A stretch of DNA of 64,000 bases from a virus. The first letter of the stretch is position 1; each line of letters starts with the position of its first letter. Below, one piece after another: positions 37,722-46,246 of the stretch. The DNA is taken from IMG/VR virus record IMGVR_UViG_3300036760_000327, positions 42,487 through 106,486 of that record, one strand, 5' to 3'. Both the position numbers and the translations under genes were made by a program. A model generated the notes under the pieces. That model was not told the DNA's origin, did no database searches, and worked only from the letters and a program-made list of their open reading frames with translations.

Positions 37722-38795
37722 TTACTTATGAGATATTTGAGTTGGTGGTCCTTTACTTGATGGTGGCAACGCATTTCCCAAAGGCAATAAAGTATCAATA
37801 TAATCTAATACACCTCCGGGCTGGTAGAAAAAATTAATATCCTCTTGGGATAGGCCAGCAAATGGATTTACTCCCATGTATGAAATTAAAGGCCCACTTA
37901 CATCACCCCCGACAATACCCCTTCCAGGAGTATAATATGCCGATATCAATGATTTTTCCCCCCCAGCTCCTTTTCCTAAACTAGCTGGTTGATTAGCTTT
38001 ATCTCTTGCTTCTAATATCTTCCACCATTTTTCAAGAGGAGAACCAACGGGAGGAGTCCATGGTGTAAGCGTATCAAGGCTTTCGCTTTGATATCCTCCT
38101 TGACCTATTAGTTCCATCAATCCATGGGGAGAGAACAATTGTGAAGCGTAAGGCGCCCAATCTTGCAAATACCATTGTGAACTAGCAGCATCGGTTGGTC
38201 GCGCCAACGTAGGAGCGGGCTTCCCATATCCAGCTTTTGTGGTAGGATCATATTCCTCTTTCCACGTTCCCTGGGACCCCCACCTAGGATCTAAATACTT
38301 TCTTTGCTGTGCTGCAAACCAGTCTGGTGATATTGGTTCATTTGCAAGAGGATCTTTACCGCCCAGAACACCCTGCAATAATCCTCCTAGTACAGAACCA
38401 ACAAACGGAATAGCAGACAGATAGCTACTATATGGATTAGTAAAAGTATTTTGTCCTGCCATAAATGCTCCCAAACCACCTAGGGTTGCTCCTCCCAGAG
38501 AAGCGGCTGGCAGAACGCCAAGTTGTTGTCCTACGGTAGAACCCAAATTACTAGTTATGTAATTCAAAGCCGGATTGCTATTAGGTATAGCTGTATTTAA
38601 TATAGATGACAAAAAGCCAGGAGCACCGCCAGCTAAAGCCGCGGATAAATCTTGATTGCCCAATAATGTATTTCCTAAAACACTTCCAGCATATTTTCCA
38701 ATAGGACTGGTATATTTTCGTTCTTCTCCACCTAAAATATTTCCAAGTAATCCTCCTGCTGTGCTTCCAAGTTGGCTATAATTTATATTAACCAT
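37722..38795 (-). CDS. Gly-rich internal virion protein
   Basis: Gly/Leu-rich amphipathic N-terminal half; RBS AAAGGAG. Confidence 0.5.
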   Translation of the reverse strand: MVNINYSQLGSTAGGLLGNILGGEERKYTSPIGKYAGSVLGNTLLGNQDLSAALAGGAPGFLSSILNTAIPNSNPALNYITSNLGSTVGQQLGVLPAASLGGATLGGLGAFMAGQNTFTNPYSSYLSAIPFVGSVLGGLLQGVLGGKDPLANEPISPDWFAAQQRKYLDPRWGSQGTWKEEYDPTTKAGYGKPAPTLARPTDAASSQWYLQDWAPYASQLFSPHGLMELIGQGGYQSESLDTLTPWTPPVGSPLEKWWKILEARDKANQPASLGKGAGGEKSLISAYYTPGRGIVGGDVSGPLISYMGVNPFAGLSQEDINFFYQPGGVLDYIDTLLPLGNALPPSSKGPPTQISHK

Positions 38796-38808
38796 TTTCT
38801 CCTTTGCC

Positions 38809-39522
38809 TTAATTATTCATCTTGGTAATTCGTTTAAATTGTTCTACATTAAAATCTTTATAGGATTTCATTCGTACCATTACATCACTAGATTTCCTAT
38901 CCTTTTCTCGTTTTATCATTCGTTGAATCTCACTAGCATATACTCCAGCAAATTTTTGTGCTTTAGCATCATCCTCTAAGTATATAGCCCCACGTAAAAC
39001 AGCCCCAAATATTACAGCCTCAGTATGAAATGTGGATATATAATCATACTCGGCATCCAATGTCCAATCCGCTGGATTAGCATAATATTTTATAGTAAGG
39101 GTATAAGTAGCATCAGGAATAGGATATAAATCAAATTCCATACCTCGATCAATATAATAATCCGGTTCCCCTGTTTCAGATGAGCTCGTAGTAAATAATT
39201 TCTCTGGAGAACTATCTGTAGATGCAATATCCGAATCACTACCATGAATTGAATCAAACTCATTTGGCAATATTCTAATTAATTTTTTAGTCCCAAGAAA
39301 TATATTCAAATGACCTAGATAGTCGGAAGGCAGTGCATATCTTGCAGTGCTGGCTGATACGGTAGCAGTAGATTCAGTGTATAAATAATTAAAATTATAT
39401 TCTCCCGCCAGCGCTCTTCGTGCATCATTGATCCACTGCCCGATTTCGGTATCTATGTCTGTCCGATTGTCCAAATAGGATTTAACTCTGGTTTTTATAG
39501 TTCCAAAATCATTAAAACTCAC
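38809..39522 (-). CDS. head-tail adaptor (P22 gp4 / T7 gp11-like)
   Basis: 'WINDARR', 'YALPSDY', 'LYPIPDATYTLTIKYY'. Confidence 0.75.
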   Translation of the reverse strand: MSFNDFGTIKTRVKSYLDNRTDIDTEIGQWINDARRALAGEYNFNYLYTESTATVSASTARYALPSDYLGHLNIFLGTKKLIRILPNEFDSIHGSDSDIASTDSSPEKLFTTSSSETGEPDYYIDRGMEFDLYPIPDATYTLTIKYYANPADWTLDAEYDYISTFHTEAVIFGAVLRGAIYLEDDAKAQKFAGVYASEIQRMIKREKDRKSSDVMVRMKSYKDFNVEQFKRITKMNN

Positions 39523-39580
39523 ATCAATTCTCCTTATAAAAAGGGCAGTTTATAGCCTCATGCCCAGGAGGATTGTCTGG

Positions 39581-40150
39581 TTAAATCTCCGATATATGTT
39601 TCTCCTTTTTATGAGCACCAAGTTCAATACCACTTCTAAATATTTCCCCGCAACCAGGAACAGGACATGTAAAAACCTTTTTAGGTTTTTCTGCCTTAAC
39701 TTCCGGCGTGGCAAGTAACCGATCTAATTTTTCGGATAAAGAATTAAATTTCTCGCCAATCTTCTTGTCAATAATTTCTTCAATATTAACCACCGGATCT
39801 GGAACTCTTGCGGGAATATGAGATCTGGCCGCACTCAATAGAGGAGCAGATGCTGAATTAATTGTTGCTACAGCACCCGTAATCATCTCAATCGCAGGTT
39901 TAAAATATTCTGGATGAGCAATCTTCCATTCTTTCTCGTCCTCTACTGCTGCAAACTTGATATTACAATAATCGTGCTTAAGCATTAATGCAATAGTATC
40001 AGGATCTTCAATCTCTATTCTTCCATTCATAAATTCGACTGTTTTTCCTGGAATTTGTACCCGCTGTCCATTAGCATCTAAAATATAAAAAGCGGGTTTC
40101 AATATTACTCGTAATCGTTTTGCTTTTGCCATAAAAATCATCTTTGTCAC
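39581..40150 (-). CDS. protein with C-terminal C2H2 zinc finger
   Basis: 'FTCPVPGCGEIFRSGIELGAHKKEKH'. Confidence 0.6.
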   Translation of the reverse strand: MTKMIFMAKAKRLRVILKPAFYILDANGQRVQIPGKTVEFMNGRIEIEDPDTIALMLKHDYCNIKFAAVEDEKEWKIAHPEYFKPAIEMITGAVATINSASAPLLSAARSHIPARVPDPVVNIEEIIDKKIGEKFNSLSEKLDRLLATPEVKAEKPKKVFTCPVPGCGEIFRSGIELGAHKKEKHISEI

Positions 40151-40159
40151 CGTTTCCTT

Positions 40160-40549
40160 TCACTCACCCATATCATCTCTTTTTAAGAGGTTTAGGCGCG
40201 TTTTTAATGGTTGTACATAATCTTTAGGATCGTTGGTTGTGAATTTAAATTCTTGAAATTCGATACCAACTTCTGCCTGGTCCCTTTTGATAATCAAATG
40301 TGGAAGCATAATTTTTAATAGTCTATATGCTTGTTCATCTTTCCATTTTGCCCTAAATTGTCCCCCAGAAATTCTACCAATAATAGCATCAAACATTTGT
40401 AAGAATTTCATAAGTTCCGTATATTTAGAGGTGATCCATACATATAATGATGAATCAGATAAATTTTTCTTGTCTACAATTATCTTGATGCTCCCATGAA
40501 TATCAAAAATTCCTGCCGTATAAGCAATTTCGGATCTATTGTACCTCAT
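40160..40549 (-). CDS. free-standing, probably degenerate LAGLIDADG endonuclease
   Basis: 'IAYTAGIFDIHG' (catalytic acidic position replaced by His) and 'LPHLIIKRDQA'. Confidence 0.65.
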   Translation of the reverse strand: MRYNRSEIAYTAGIFDIHGSIKIIVDKKNLSDSSLYVWITSKYTELMKFLQMFDAIIGRISGGQFRAKWKDEQAYRLLKIMLPHLIIKRDQAEVGIEFQEFKFTTNDPKDYVQPLKTRLNLLKRDDMGE

Positions 40550-40573
40550 ATATCCTCCATTGAATTTTAAGTG

Positions 40574-40619
40574 CTGGAGGCTTCTGCTTTCTTTCGATTG
40601 CTTTTAATGAAGCCTCCAG
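40574..40619. terminator. 11-bp inverted repeat stem-loop
   Basis: CTGGAGGCTTC ... GAAGCCTCCAG between the two free-standing endonuclease genes. Confidence 0.45.
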
Positions 40620-40641
40620 GTTAAAGGTTAAAAACTAAATG

Positions 40642-41106
40642 CTAAAGACTCAGTTTTTTAAGTTCACTAAGTTTTACTCGCAAAGATTCTCGATAAACGA
40701 TAGTATCTTCCGATAGACCACGTGCACCATTAGATGTCCCCATTAAATCCTTATGTTTCTGTAAAGTTAAGCCAACCAAGGCTTCTTCTTTCTTTACAAT
40801 TAAATAAGGTAAAATCAATGTTAACATCTTTGCTGCCTTTCGATCCATCATAACTGCAACCCAGCATCGTTTCCAATGCGGTAATTGAGATTTCGCTGTA
40901 CGCTCTCGAATATAAAATCCAAGTTCCTTAAGAAAAATCATCAATTTAGCAGATGTATTAGTAATTTGCAACTTCAATCGGTATCGCTTACTACGATAAC
41001 CTTTATTAACTTTAGCTGCATTAATTCTAATACAACCCTCGCCATCTACAATCCCCGCAAGATATATTATCTTAGTGGTCGCTTCATCCATTGTAACCAC
41101 CTCCAT
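40642..41106 (-). CDS. free-standing LAGLIDADG homing endonuclease
   Basis: 'IYLAGIVDGEGCI', 'ITNT', 'LPYLIVKKEEA'; immediately after the capsid stop codon. Confidence 0.85.
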   Translation of the reverse strand: MEVVTMDEATTKIIYLAGIVDGEGCIRINAAKVNKGYRSKRYRLKLQITNTSAKLMIFLKELGFYIRERTAKSQLPHWKRCWVAVMMDRKAAKMLTLILPYLIVKKEEALVGLTLQKHKDLMGTSNGARGLSEDTIVYRESLRVKLSELKKLSL

Positions 41107-41133
41107 AATAAAATACTCAATGATTTCAATAAC

Positions 41134-44100
41134 TTAGCCGGTTACCCCGGTCAACAACCCGTGCTTTTCTTCGTTGTGGAATTCAAATCCGACTTCGCAG
41201 ATGTATTGCAATTTGTTGCTGTCTTTTCAGACGAGTCAAACATTTCTGTTGACTTCTTAATGTTCCCATTAAGTTCGGACTGTGTCTTCTGATCATTAAG
41301 ATCTGGGCTATGTACAGTCTCTACAGGAATTATAAGATCATAAGTTCTATTAATTTTATCTACTTTTTTGATTAAAGAATTAAACGCTTTTGTATATTCT
41401 TTATCATGCACATATCCATTGTCTTTAACTAATGTATTTCTATAATTTAAGAAACTACATATCAAATCAGCAATGGATTTTTTTAAGCCCACCATACATT
41501 TCCTAGTAATGTTTAAAATTCTATGAACATCATTAAACTTTGATATTACCAAACGGTAACATTGTCTAGTTCTTAGTCCATTTGGATTGGATACTGAATA
41601 TATTTTAACTGGATGCTCTAGTTCTTTCTCAAAAACTGATTTAGCCCAATTAATAATACCTATATCAGTATTACTAATCTCTATTCCAAGATGCGGCGAA
41701 CTTAAACAATTCTCACCAGTTCGTTTGTATGGTCTGCATACTCTAATTGAACCTTCTGATTCAATCAACATGCTTAATCTGGCGACGTCTTTAAGCTTCA
41801 TAAAAAGCACCTCCTTGGCATGTCTTACGATCTGATTATTTCCCTCGGCGTTGTCCATTCTAGGACTTTCACCGATTAAATAGCCTTTTACAAGGACCAA
41901 TTGTCGATCCTTCACGAAATCGTCCCCTGGATGTTGAATATCAGCTTCCATGGTCACGTCTCTATTTTGTAAGAAACGATAGACCATTTCATCTAACTTC
42001 AATCCAAAGGCATATCCACCATAAAGAGCGGTATTGCTAACAGAACCAGCATTCTCTAACATATAATCCTTAATCAGATTCAAGGTTCCATGAGGAGAAA
42101 GGTATTGCGCTATCGCAATTCCGTACGTTCTATCTTTGGGGTACATTTGAAGTTTTCCTTGTGCCCACTGGCTGATTACTGAAATAATCAGCGGGGATGC
42201 AAACAGATAAACTTCATCTCCACCAAAGCGCGTCACTGTCCTAATGAATGCCTCAAAATCTGCTTCAGTAAGGATTCCACCCACTGCTGTAACGTTAGTG
42301 TTGATAAAGAAATCAGCTCCACCAGATGTCCGTCTAGCATGGGTAATAGTAGAATCTAATCCCGAAGAAGTGTCTTCTAATCTTTCTCCGTACAAAGCCA
42401 TTCGCTCGATGTCGCGCATAAGCTCGATGCCTTTAACTTTCCGCTCGTATGCACGGTAATTTCCGCCATCAATTGTGTTATTCTGAATCCTTAAGATTCA
42501 ACTCTTTGCATCGCTGCAAAGTTCGGACTGTATCATCATCCATCCCTAATGGAATGGATGCCTTACGTGCGGTCTCTGAGGAAATATATTTAGGTTTGCG
42601 CTGTATTTCATACCGTTCAAACCAACGATTAATTTGTTCTTCAGAAATTGTTTTTCGTAAATTCGTATAGCCTTGTTGTTGCCTCCACTTAATATATTCT
42701 AGCAAAAACATAGCTAAGTATTTCTTATTTCGCAAATAGGGTAAAATAGCATTTAAAAACTTTTTACAGGTATTTAGCCCATTTGATTCGATCTTAAGAG
42801 CCATATTCCATTTTTTATTTCTAAGATTATTCTTTTGCAAACTAAAATGAAAGTTAATGCTTAAAGCATACAAAATATTACTAATTTCCTTAATCATTAT
42901 TTCATCACAGTTCGTAACAGAAATACCTGTCGCTATCCATCCATATTTATGACCGGATGATTTATCCATATCTTTCTTTCTGAAAAACATGATGGAACCT
43001 TCTCCATCAATAATACCAGCTAACCAAGCTAAATCGGTATCTTTTATAATCATTTTATATCTCCTGCTGATTAACCCCACCTTTCTCTTTTACCAAACAG
43101 GTGGAAAGGATACTGGGTTTTTCCAGCATTTTATAAGGTTTTCATTATATCATTACTGATATACGCTGCATGCCTTATACAGCTCGGAATTTAACATAGT
43201 ATTAGTCACCTCAACGGATTTTCTAATAGTCTGTAAATAGTTATAGACTCTTGCGGCTTTGCGACTCTTTGTATAAAGAGCAGTAGAAGGAGATCCTTCT
43301 TCAAAGGCTGCACCGATGATCACCATCGTTGCTGCATTGGCTGCCGAGGCCGCGGCTGTAGCACCATAAGCTCTAATAGCTGTTACAGCGCACGCTGCTG
43401 TAGCTGTTACTAAAATAACTTCGCCGGTTGAAGGAATTTTAACCAAGTCATACTTGTTAAAATAATTACCTTCGCCCGAGGCTACAGTTAATCCAGTAGC
43501 TGCTGACGTAGCAGAAGCTGCTAATGAAGACCAACTCGGATTAAGATCCAGATGTGTATTCTAGTCATTACTGACTAGCTCGGACTTTATCATCATCTTG
43601 CGATGTTTCACGTAAAGTCTCTGAGGAACGGAGTTTTGTCAAATCAAGTACGCTATTAGCCAATCGTGGAAGATGTAACATATTATATCTTTCTGCTTTT
43701 GCGAGTTTATGTTTCTCTATTAACTGATTAACATAATCTCGATCAATATAATCTTTATATCTCCCATCAGGTCCGCGGTTTTTTATTAATTGTTCGCGAT
43801 AATTTGCGTATTCTAGCATGATATCTACTTCTGCTTGTTTGGTTTTTAAGTAAGGACGTATCATTTCTATTAATTTTCTACAACTCCCCGTACTATTACA
43901 AACTATTGTAATAGCATGATTTTGTTTACCGTGTAAATTATAAGCATTAATAGTATAATGAAATTTTAGTCCTAACTTATGCCACATTTCACTAACAGCT
44001 CTAATCATATATGGATTAGTATTACAAACCGTAACTATCATAGAGATAAATGTTGCCATATCACTCTTATTTAATTGTTTTCTTGATTGGTAACACAACA

Positions 44101-44840
44101 TTAAACATCCTTCTCCTTCTATGATAGCCGCTAGCCATGCTTTATCTTGCTCTGACAACATATAATTTCCTTTCCTGCTGATTGTCCCGCCAAAGGAATT
44201 GTCACATAATGTATCCTTGACATAGGAGTTTCCAGCATATGGTGAAATTTTATGAGAACAATGTTGTTTATTCTCAGGCCATTCTACTGTAGTGTTGATG
44301 GCTACCCTTTTGTTAAGCTTTGAAACCAAAACGTACAAAGGCATAAATGTTAACTGCAATTTCGTATTACGATTATTTTTGCAGATCAGACTGTCGCATC
44401 ATCTTTCGATGTCTCCTCGCTCAGTCGTTCACGGTGCTTTCGCTTCCGCCCTGTTGTCCATCTCTGGATGTCCAAGTCAATCAGAGGAGATTTATAGCGG
44501 CCCGCTTTGTCAAGCCGCCTCTGGCTGTAAAAGATAAATTTTATCCAAATTTGTTAATGATTTCAATAAGTTATGAAATCATGCTTGCTCATTTCTGTCA
44601 AGCTCTGCATATTCATTTATATGCAGTTCAGACTGTCGCTTCTACTTTCGTAGTCTCTCCACTCAGTCGTTGCAACTGCACGGCTTTCGCCTGCTTGTTG
44701 AGGGTTGCCATCTCAGGTGTTCCCCATTAATCAGGAGAGATTTTATATGACCAAGTAGTTTACCAAGCCATATCCACCACACGTAGATTTGACAATATGT
44801 TTTGTGAGCCTGTTCCGCCCGTTACCATTGTTGCTGCCAT
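41134..44840 (-). CDS. major capsid protein (SU10/DUF5309-like), six exons, 395 aa after splicing
   Basis: Exons 44840-44766, 44545-44513, 44341-44270, 43548-43179, 42469-41907, 41208-41134 total 1188 nt in one frame. Junctions read VVDMA|DKIYLLQPEAA|PLYV...VEWPEN|DLNP...SELY|GGNYRAYERK...MRDIERMALYG...FVKD|QYICEVGFEFHNEEKHGLLTGVTG*. RBS AAGGAGG; follows the scaffold gene. Confidence 0.88.
41151..41801 (-). CDS. intron 5-encoded LAGLIDADG-like endonuclease
   Basis: 'ARLSMLIESEGSI', 'ISNTD'; own RBS AAGGAGG; in frame with exon 5 and runs past the 3' splice site. Confidence 0.75.
   Translation of the reverse strand: MKLKDVARLSMLIESEGSIRVCRPYKRTGENCLSSPHLGIEISNTDIGIINWAKSVFEKELEHPVKIYSVSNPNGLRTRQCYRLVISKFNDVHRILNITRKCMVGLKKSIADLICSFLNYRNTLVKDNGYVHDKEYTKAFNSLIKKVDKINRTYDLIIPVETVHSPDLNDQKTQSELNGNIKKSTEMFDSSEKTATNCNTSAKSDLNSTTKKSTGC
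41209..41906 (-). mobile_element. group I intron 5 of capsid gene (698 nt) with LAGLIDADG-like ORF
   Basis: P1 AAGGAU/GUCCUU with U-G at the splice site, P3 GGCUAU/AUAGCC, P7 GACUGU/ACAGUC, terminal G. Confidence 0.88.
42470..43178 (-). mobile_element. group I intron 4 of capsid gene (709 nt, phase 1) with LAGLIDADG ORF
   Basis: P1 GCUGU/GCAGC places the splice site inside a Tyr codon (T|AT); P3 CCUUAU/GUAAGG; 'CUCAGAGACCG...ACAGUCCGA' core; terminal G. Confidence 0.88.
42478..43053 (-). CDS. intron 4-encoded LAGLIDADG endonuclease
   Basis: 'LAWLAGIIDGEGSI', 'LPYLRNKK'. Confidence 0.85.
   Translation of the reverse strand: MIIKDTDLAWLAGIIDGEGSIMFFRKKDMDKSSGHKYGWIATGISVTNCDEIMIKEISNILYALSINFHFSLQKNNLRNKKWNMALKIESNGLNTCKKFLNAILPYLRNKKYLAMFLLEYIKWRQQQGYTNLRKTISEEQINRWFERYEIQRKPKYISSETARKASIPLGMDDDTVRTLQRCKELNLKDSE
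43549..44269 (-). mobile_element. group I intron 3 of capsid gene (721 nt) with LAGLIDADG ORF
   Basis: P1 GAGAAU/GUUCUC, P3 UUUCAC/GUGAAA, P7 GACUUUA/UAAAGUC, terminal G. Confidence 0.88.
43568..44161 (-). CDS. intron 3-encoded LAGLIDADG endonuclease
   Basis: 'KAWLAAIIEGEGCL', 'IRPYLKTK'; in frame with exon 3. Confidence 0.85.
   Translation of the reverse strand: MLSEQDKAWLAAIIEGEGCLMLCYQSRKQLNKSDMATFISMIVTVCNTNPYMIRAVSEMWHKLGLKFHYTINAYNLHGKQNHAITIVCNSTGSCRKLIEMIRPYLKTKQAEVDIMLEYANYREQLIKNRGPDGRYKDYIDRDYVNQLIEKHKLAKAERYNMLHLPRLANSVLDLTKLRSSETLRETSQDDDKVRASQ
44342..44512 (-). mobile_element. group I intron 2 of capsid gene (171 nt, no ORF)
   Basis: P1 GCGGCU/GGCCGC, P3 UCUCCUC/GAGGAGA, P7 GACUG/CAGUC, P8 CAUC-GAAA-GAUG, P9 CUGCAA/UUGCAG, terminal G. 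Confidence 0.87.
44546..44765 (-). mobile_element. group I intron 1 of capsid gene (220 nt, no ORF)
   Basis: P1 AUAUGGCU/GGUCAUAU, P3 UCUCUCC/GGAGAGA, P7 GACUG/CAGUC, P8 CUAC-GAAA-GUAG, terminal G. Confidence 0.88.
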
Positions 44841-44885
44841 ATAATTTTTCACCTCCTTCTGTCATAGAATAAAATTACAACTGGA

Positions 44886-45902
44886 CTATTTCTTCGATGC
44901 TAAATCAAGTCCATGCAAGAAATTAGCCGAGACTGGTCCAGCTTTTAACATGTCATCAAACATCTTTTCTTCCTCTGTCATAGGCACTGTGGCATCACGA
45001 GGAGCCATCCTATTTGTAGGAGTAATAGGCATTGTCTGATTAGATGTTAATGGAACCGAGGCATTCCTTCGTTTACGAATCTGTTCTTTCAATCTTTGTT
45101 CAAGTTTTGAAAGAATTTCTTCTTCTGATAATCTTGGCGCAGCCTGTACAGTAGGAGGTACAGAAGTTATAGGAATATTTAATTCCCGTTTCATTGCTTC
45201 TAAAGCAGCAGTTTTACGTCTTTTGGCTTCATCATACACACGAGGAAGCGCATTAGGATTATCATTAACTGATGGATTTTCAGCCACAATTTGACGCATA
45301 AGAGGTCTTAATTCATCAAAATCTGTGTGTTCAGATCTGAATCTATTTACAAAATCTCTTGTGTTTCTAATATTATCGTATTCTGAAAAAGCTGCTGGCA
45401 AAGCAGTCTGGAGCACCGCACGAACAGTCTTTACGACATTTTCTTTTGGTGACTGAATGATTGCCTGATCATCAATTTCATCCAGAGGATCTGGTTGTGA
45501 CCTATTTAGCTCTGTTCCAGTTGCCTGAGATTTCTTTAAAAGTTCCTGAACAATCAGTGATAATTGTGCAATTTGATTGTTGGTTTCTTTTAAAGAATTT
45601 TCTAAGTCATTAGACTTATCAGAAGTTGGCACTTCTGGCCGTGGGGGCTCAGGCTGGGCTACCACGTGCGTTGGTACAACCACGTCTGCTGTTGGTACCG
45701 TTGGTTCGGTAACAGGAGGCGTTGGCGTCACCGGCTCTACAGTCGGGGTGGCAGTTGCTGGAGTTGGACTTGGGGTTGGTTCTTCAACCTTCTTATCCTC
45801 AAAAAGCAATTGCAAATCTGCATCGGAAATTCCGAAGTTACTTGATAGTGTGTCATCCACAATCTGATCAAGTGTTTTTTTAGGTCTACTTTCTTCTGCC
45901 AT
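44886..45902 (-). CDS. capsid scaffolding protein
   Basis: Pro/Thr/Glu-rich disordered N-terminus and coiled coils; lies between portal and capsid genes. Confidence 0.7.
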   Translation of the reverse strand: MAEESRPKKTLDQIVDDTLSSNFGISDADLQLLFEDKKVEEPTPSPTPATATPTVEPVTPTPPVTEPTVPTADVVVPTHVVAQPEPPRPEVPTSDKSNDLENSLKETNNQIAQLSLIVQELLKKSQATGTELNRSQPDPLDEIDDQAIIQSPKENVVKTVRAVLQTALPAAFSEYDNIRNTRDFVNRFRSEHTDFDELRPLMRQIVAENPSVNDNPNALPRVYDEAKRRKTAALEAMKRELNIPITSVPPTVQAAPRLSEEEILSKLEQRLKEQIRKRRNASVPLTSNQTMPITPTNRMAPRDATVPMTEEEKMFDDMLKAGPVSANFLHGLDLASKK

Positions 45903-45928
45903 AATAATTTCTCCTTCTTTTTTGTTTG

Positions 45929-46234
45929 CTATTTCTTTAGCATTTTAAAAGCCTTTTCACCTTCCTCAATCTTTTTATTAACAAAATTGAGCAAGTCGAA
46001 AATTTCCCGTTGTGCTGCTCTAATATCAGTTAATTCTTCAGCCTTGGCCATTAAATATCTTTCTTGAGATATTCTCCGATTAATGAAATTTTCCATCAAA
46101 TGTTTCCATCCTGAAGAACTTACCAAAGCTAAGTACATCCCTCCATCGTCGCAGCTCTTCCTCAGTTTTGATTCCTGTTCTGTTGTTAACTCAACAGATT
46201 TAGTATCATTCATTAATAAATCTTTACGATCCAC
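45929..46234 (-). CDS. small head-module protein
   Basis: 'SSGWKHL' helical protein just upstream of the scaffold; RBS AAGGAGG. Confidence 0.5.
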   Translation of the reverse strand: MDRKDLLMNDTKSVELTTEQESKLRKSCDDGGMYLALVSSSGWKHLMENFINRRISQERYLMAKAEELTDIRAAQREIFDLLNFVNKKIEEGEKAFKMLKK

Positions 46235-46246
46235 ATTACCTCCTTT

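Noticed and set aside
41151-44359. LAGLIDADG domains interpreted as inteins in the capsid protein
   Set aside because: No Cys/Ser-start and His-Asn-end splicing motifs, the ORFs end in stops, and group I RNA pairings explain the junctions
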